A stretch of DNA of 64,000 nucleotides from an uncultured Bifidobacteriaceae bacterium. Lineage in GTDB: Bacteria > Verrucomicrobiota > Verrucomicrobiia > Limisphaerales > UBA11358. The translations under genes and the position numbers were made by a program. Below the pieces are notes generated by a model. That model was not told the origin of the DNA and did not search any database. It saw only the letters and a program-made list of their open reading frames with translations. This document shows, piece after piece, positions 63,603-64,000 of the stretch; the first letter of the stretch is position 1, and every line of letters begins with the position of its first letter. The stretch is taken from assembly GCA_964449815.1 (NCBI GenBank), contig CAYVGC010000002.1, forward strand, positions 7-64,006, written 5' to 3'.

Positions 63603-64000
63603 TTCCACCACACGGAGACGGTTCGATGAGTAGTGACCACGGTTTGACGCAAGAACCACGGGCTTTTTTGCAGTCGAGGACAAGGTTCGAGCCGAACACT
63701 TGTTGGGCGAGAACCCGCTTCTCTTGAAGCGAACCTGAAATCGCGATTTCACCCGCGTTTCTAGCGGTTAAAATCCAATTTTGGAACGGTTCGAGCCAAA
63801 CTTTTGGGTTGCCCGAAAGTGCCTTGATTTGTTCCTCCAACGTCTTTTTGCGGCTCATCAATTTGGCTTTCTCCGTCGTGAACGTCTCTCGTTCAATCAA
63901 GCCGTCCAACAGCGAGTCCAACAGCCGTTGAAGGCGTTGGCTGATTTTTTCGATCTCCGCGCGCTTTTGGGCGGCAACCAGTTCGGCGGATTGGGCGTTC
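63559..64000 (-). CDS. serine recombinase family protein, C-terminal part only (N-terminus beyond window)
   Basis: My translation from the window edge reads NAQSAELVAAQKRAEIEKISQRLQRLLDSLLDGLIERETFTTEKAKLMSRKKTLEEQIKAL...WLEPFQNWILTARNAGEIA...LQEKRVLAQQVFGSNLVLDCKKA. This is the coiled-coil and tail typical of large serine recombinases as I recall them. The last ~15 codons read antisense through the tRNA, so the true stop is uncertain. Confidence 0.65.
   Translation of the reverse strand, partial: NAQSAELVAAQKRAEIEKISQRLQRLLDSLLDGLIERETFTTEKAKLMSRKKTLEEQIKALSGNPKVWLEPFQNWILTARNAGEIAISGSLQEKRVLAQQVFGSNLVLDCKKARGSCVKPWSLLIEPSPCGGMVGTAGFEPATFSV

Overview
High-GC bacterial chromosomal segment with PVC-superphylum hallmarks, probably Verrucomicrobiota. 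That assignment is an inference from a DUF1559 prepilin-like protein, a Planctomycete-type cytochrome c domain protein and characteristic intergenic repeats. Gene order, left to right: (i) an LPS-core style cluster with two GT9 heptosyltransferase-like genes, an MsbA-like ABC exporter and five GT2-like genes; (ii) housekeeping genes nadD, rsfS, ilvN, ilvC, argJ, argC, rpsI, rplM; (iii) an atypical SDR and a GH172/DUF2961 protein; (iv) a threonyl-tRNA synthetase gene broken into two separately terminated and initiated ORFs by a 4.35-kb insert; (v) GH53, a two-gene ThrE-type exporter, a YncE-like propeller and a czcCBA-type RND efflux operon; (vi) yebC, a PSCyt-type protein, dnaE and a UbiD-family decarboxylase; (vii) an AT-rich orphan gene followed by a glycan-degradation cluster (GH30, glutaminase-A-like, sialate O-acetylesterase-like, an unclassified 738-aa protein, GH43); (viii) a 4.9-kb segment bracketed by two divergent tRNA-Val genes; (ix) a partial serine recombinase gene at the right edge. 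The thrS insert carries HEPN/MNT and UPF0175/PIN toxin-antitoxin pairs, a 21-bp tandem array, a truncated SNF2 helicase and a Dam-like methylase. Each tRNA-Val is followed by the same ~150-nt sequence, which is the 3' end of the serine recombinase gene: intact on the right, a scar on the left. Most worth a second look: the split thrS and its mobile insert, the 21-bp array, the imperfect direct repeats around the PIN cassette, the tRNA-Val/recombinase inverted repeat, a reused 45-nt leader element, and the unclassified 738-aa protein. Many very long ORFs in the track are antisense shadows of real genes in this GC-rich DNA and were rejected. All family assignments come from my reading of the translated sequences. 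No database search was run.
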